From NCBI RefSeq assembly GCF_030144855.1, contig NC_082712.1, forward strand, positions 10,354,001-10,418,000: DNA of 64,000 nt, given 5' to 3'. The position numbers were made by a program, and so were the translations under genes. Positions within the stretch are counted from its first letter, which is position 1. Each line of letters opens with the position of its first letter. Source of the DNA: Hypanus sabinus. Its lineage: Eukaryota. The notes below the pieces were generated by a model. It saw only the letters and a list, made by a program, of their open reading frames with translations. It did not search any database and was not told the origin of the DNA. This document shows, one piece after another, positions 63,717 through 64,000 of the stretch.

Positions 63717-64000
63717 CTGACCATAAACATCCTGCCATTAGAGGGGGTTGGACAATTGTGGTTGGAGCTCTTGCAATTTCCTCTTGCGCTTCGTTTAACG
63801 GCCTGTGGTACACTTCATTCAGATGTGGCAACTTCTTCACATTCGAAGACGCAAAACTCCTTGGCATTTCCTATTTTAGCGGGGACTCCGCGCTGCAGTG
63901 GTTAGTGCTGATGACCCAGGTCCAGTGAGGGGTTTACCCTGTGACCATGTGGGACTGGGCCACAGCAAAGTCCCCCTCACTTCCAGATACATGTCTCTCC

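Overview
Vertebrate genomic DNA. The repeat content (CR1 LINEs with an esterase ORF1, V-SINEs, Penelope, Rex1/Babar, RTE) points to a cartilaginous fish, probably a ray; this is inference. Most of the window is decayed or nested retroelement sequence, and nearly all ORF-track ORFs are fragments or antisense shadows of those elements. One host gene can be assembled on the minus strand: signal-peptide exon (43947-44007), two Ig V-set exons (34481-34846, 25312-25686) and a transmembrane exon carrying a Lys (23470-23569). Its last exon is unresolved (candidates at about 18.1 kb and 16.9 kb). The protein resembles Siglec-15 but is V-V rather than V-C2 and lacks the sialic-acid-binding Arg in both domains. 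A possible leader exon of a second, divergently oriented secreted or membrane gene lies at about 60.15 kb (+). Main hunt results: (1) a complete miniature LTR element (4438-8411) with a 171-bp interior whose PBS is the exact reverse complement of a 12-mer 30 nt downstream of its own TATA-like box, matching Tf1/sushi-type self-priming; (2) an HDV-like double-pseudoknot fold at the 5' end of a short RTE-derived element; (3) dispersed minimal hammerhead motifs from Penelope terminal repeats; (4) two L1 insertions with inversions, one a clean twin-priming product; (5) a three-layer CR1>L1>Penelope nest with both TSDs intact. All structures were read by eye; no searches or folding programs were run, and repeat boundaries without a TSD are approximate.
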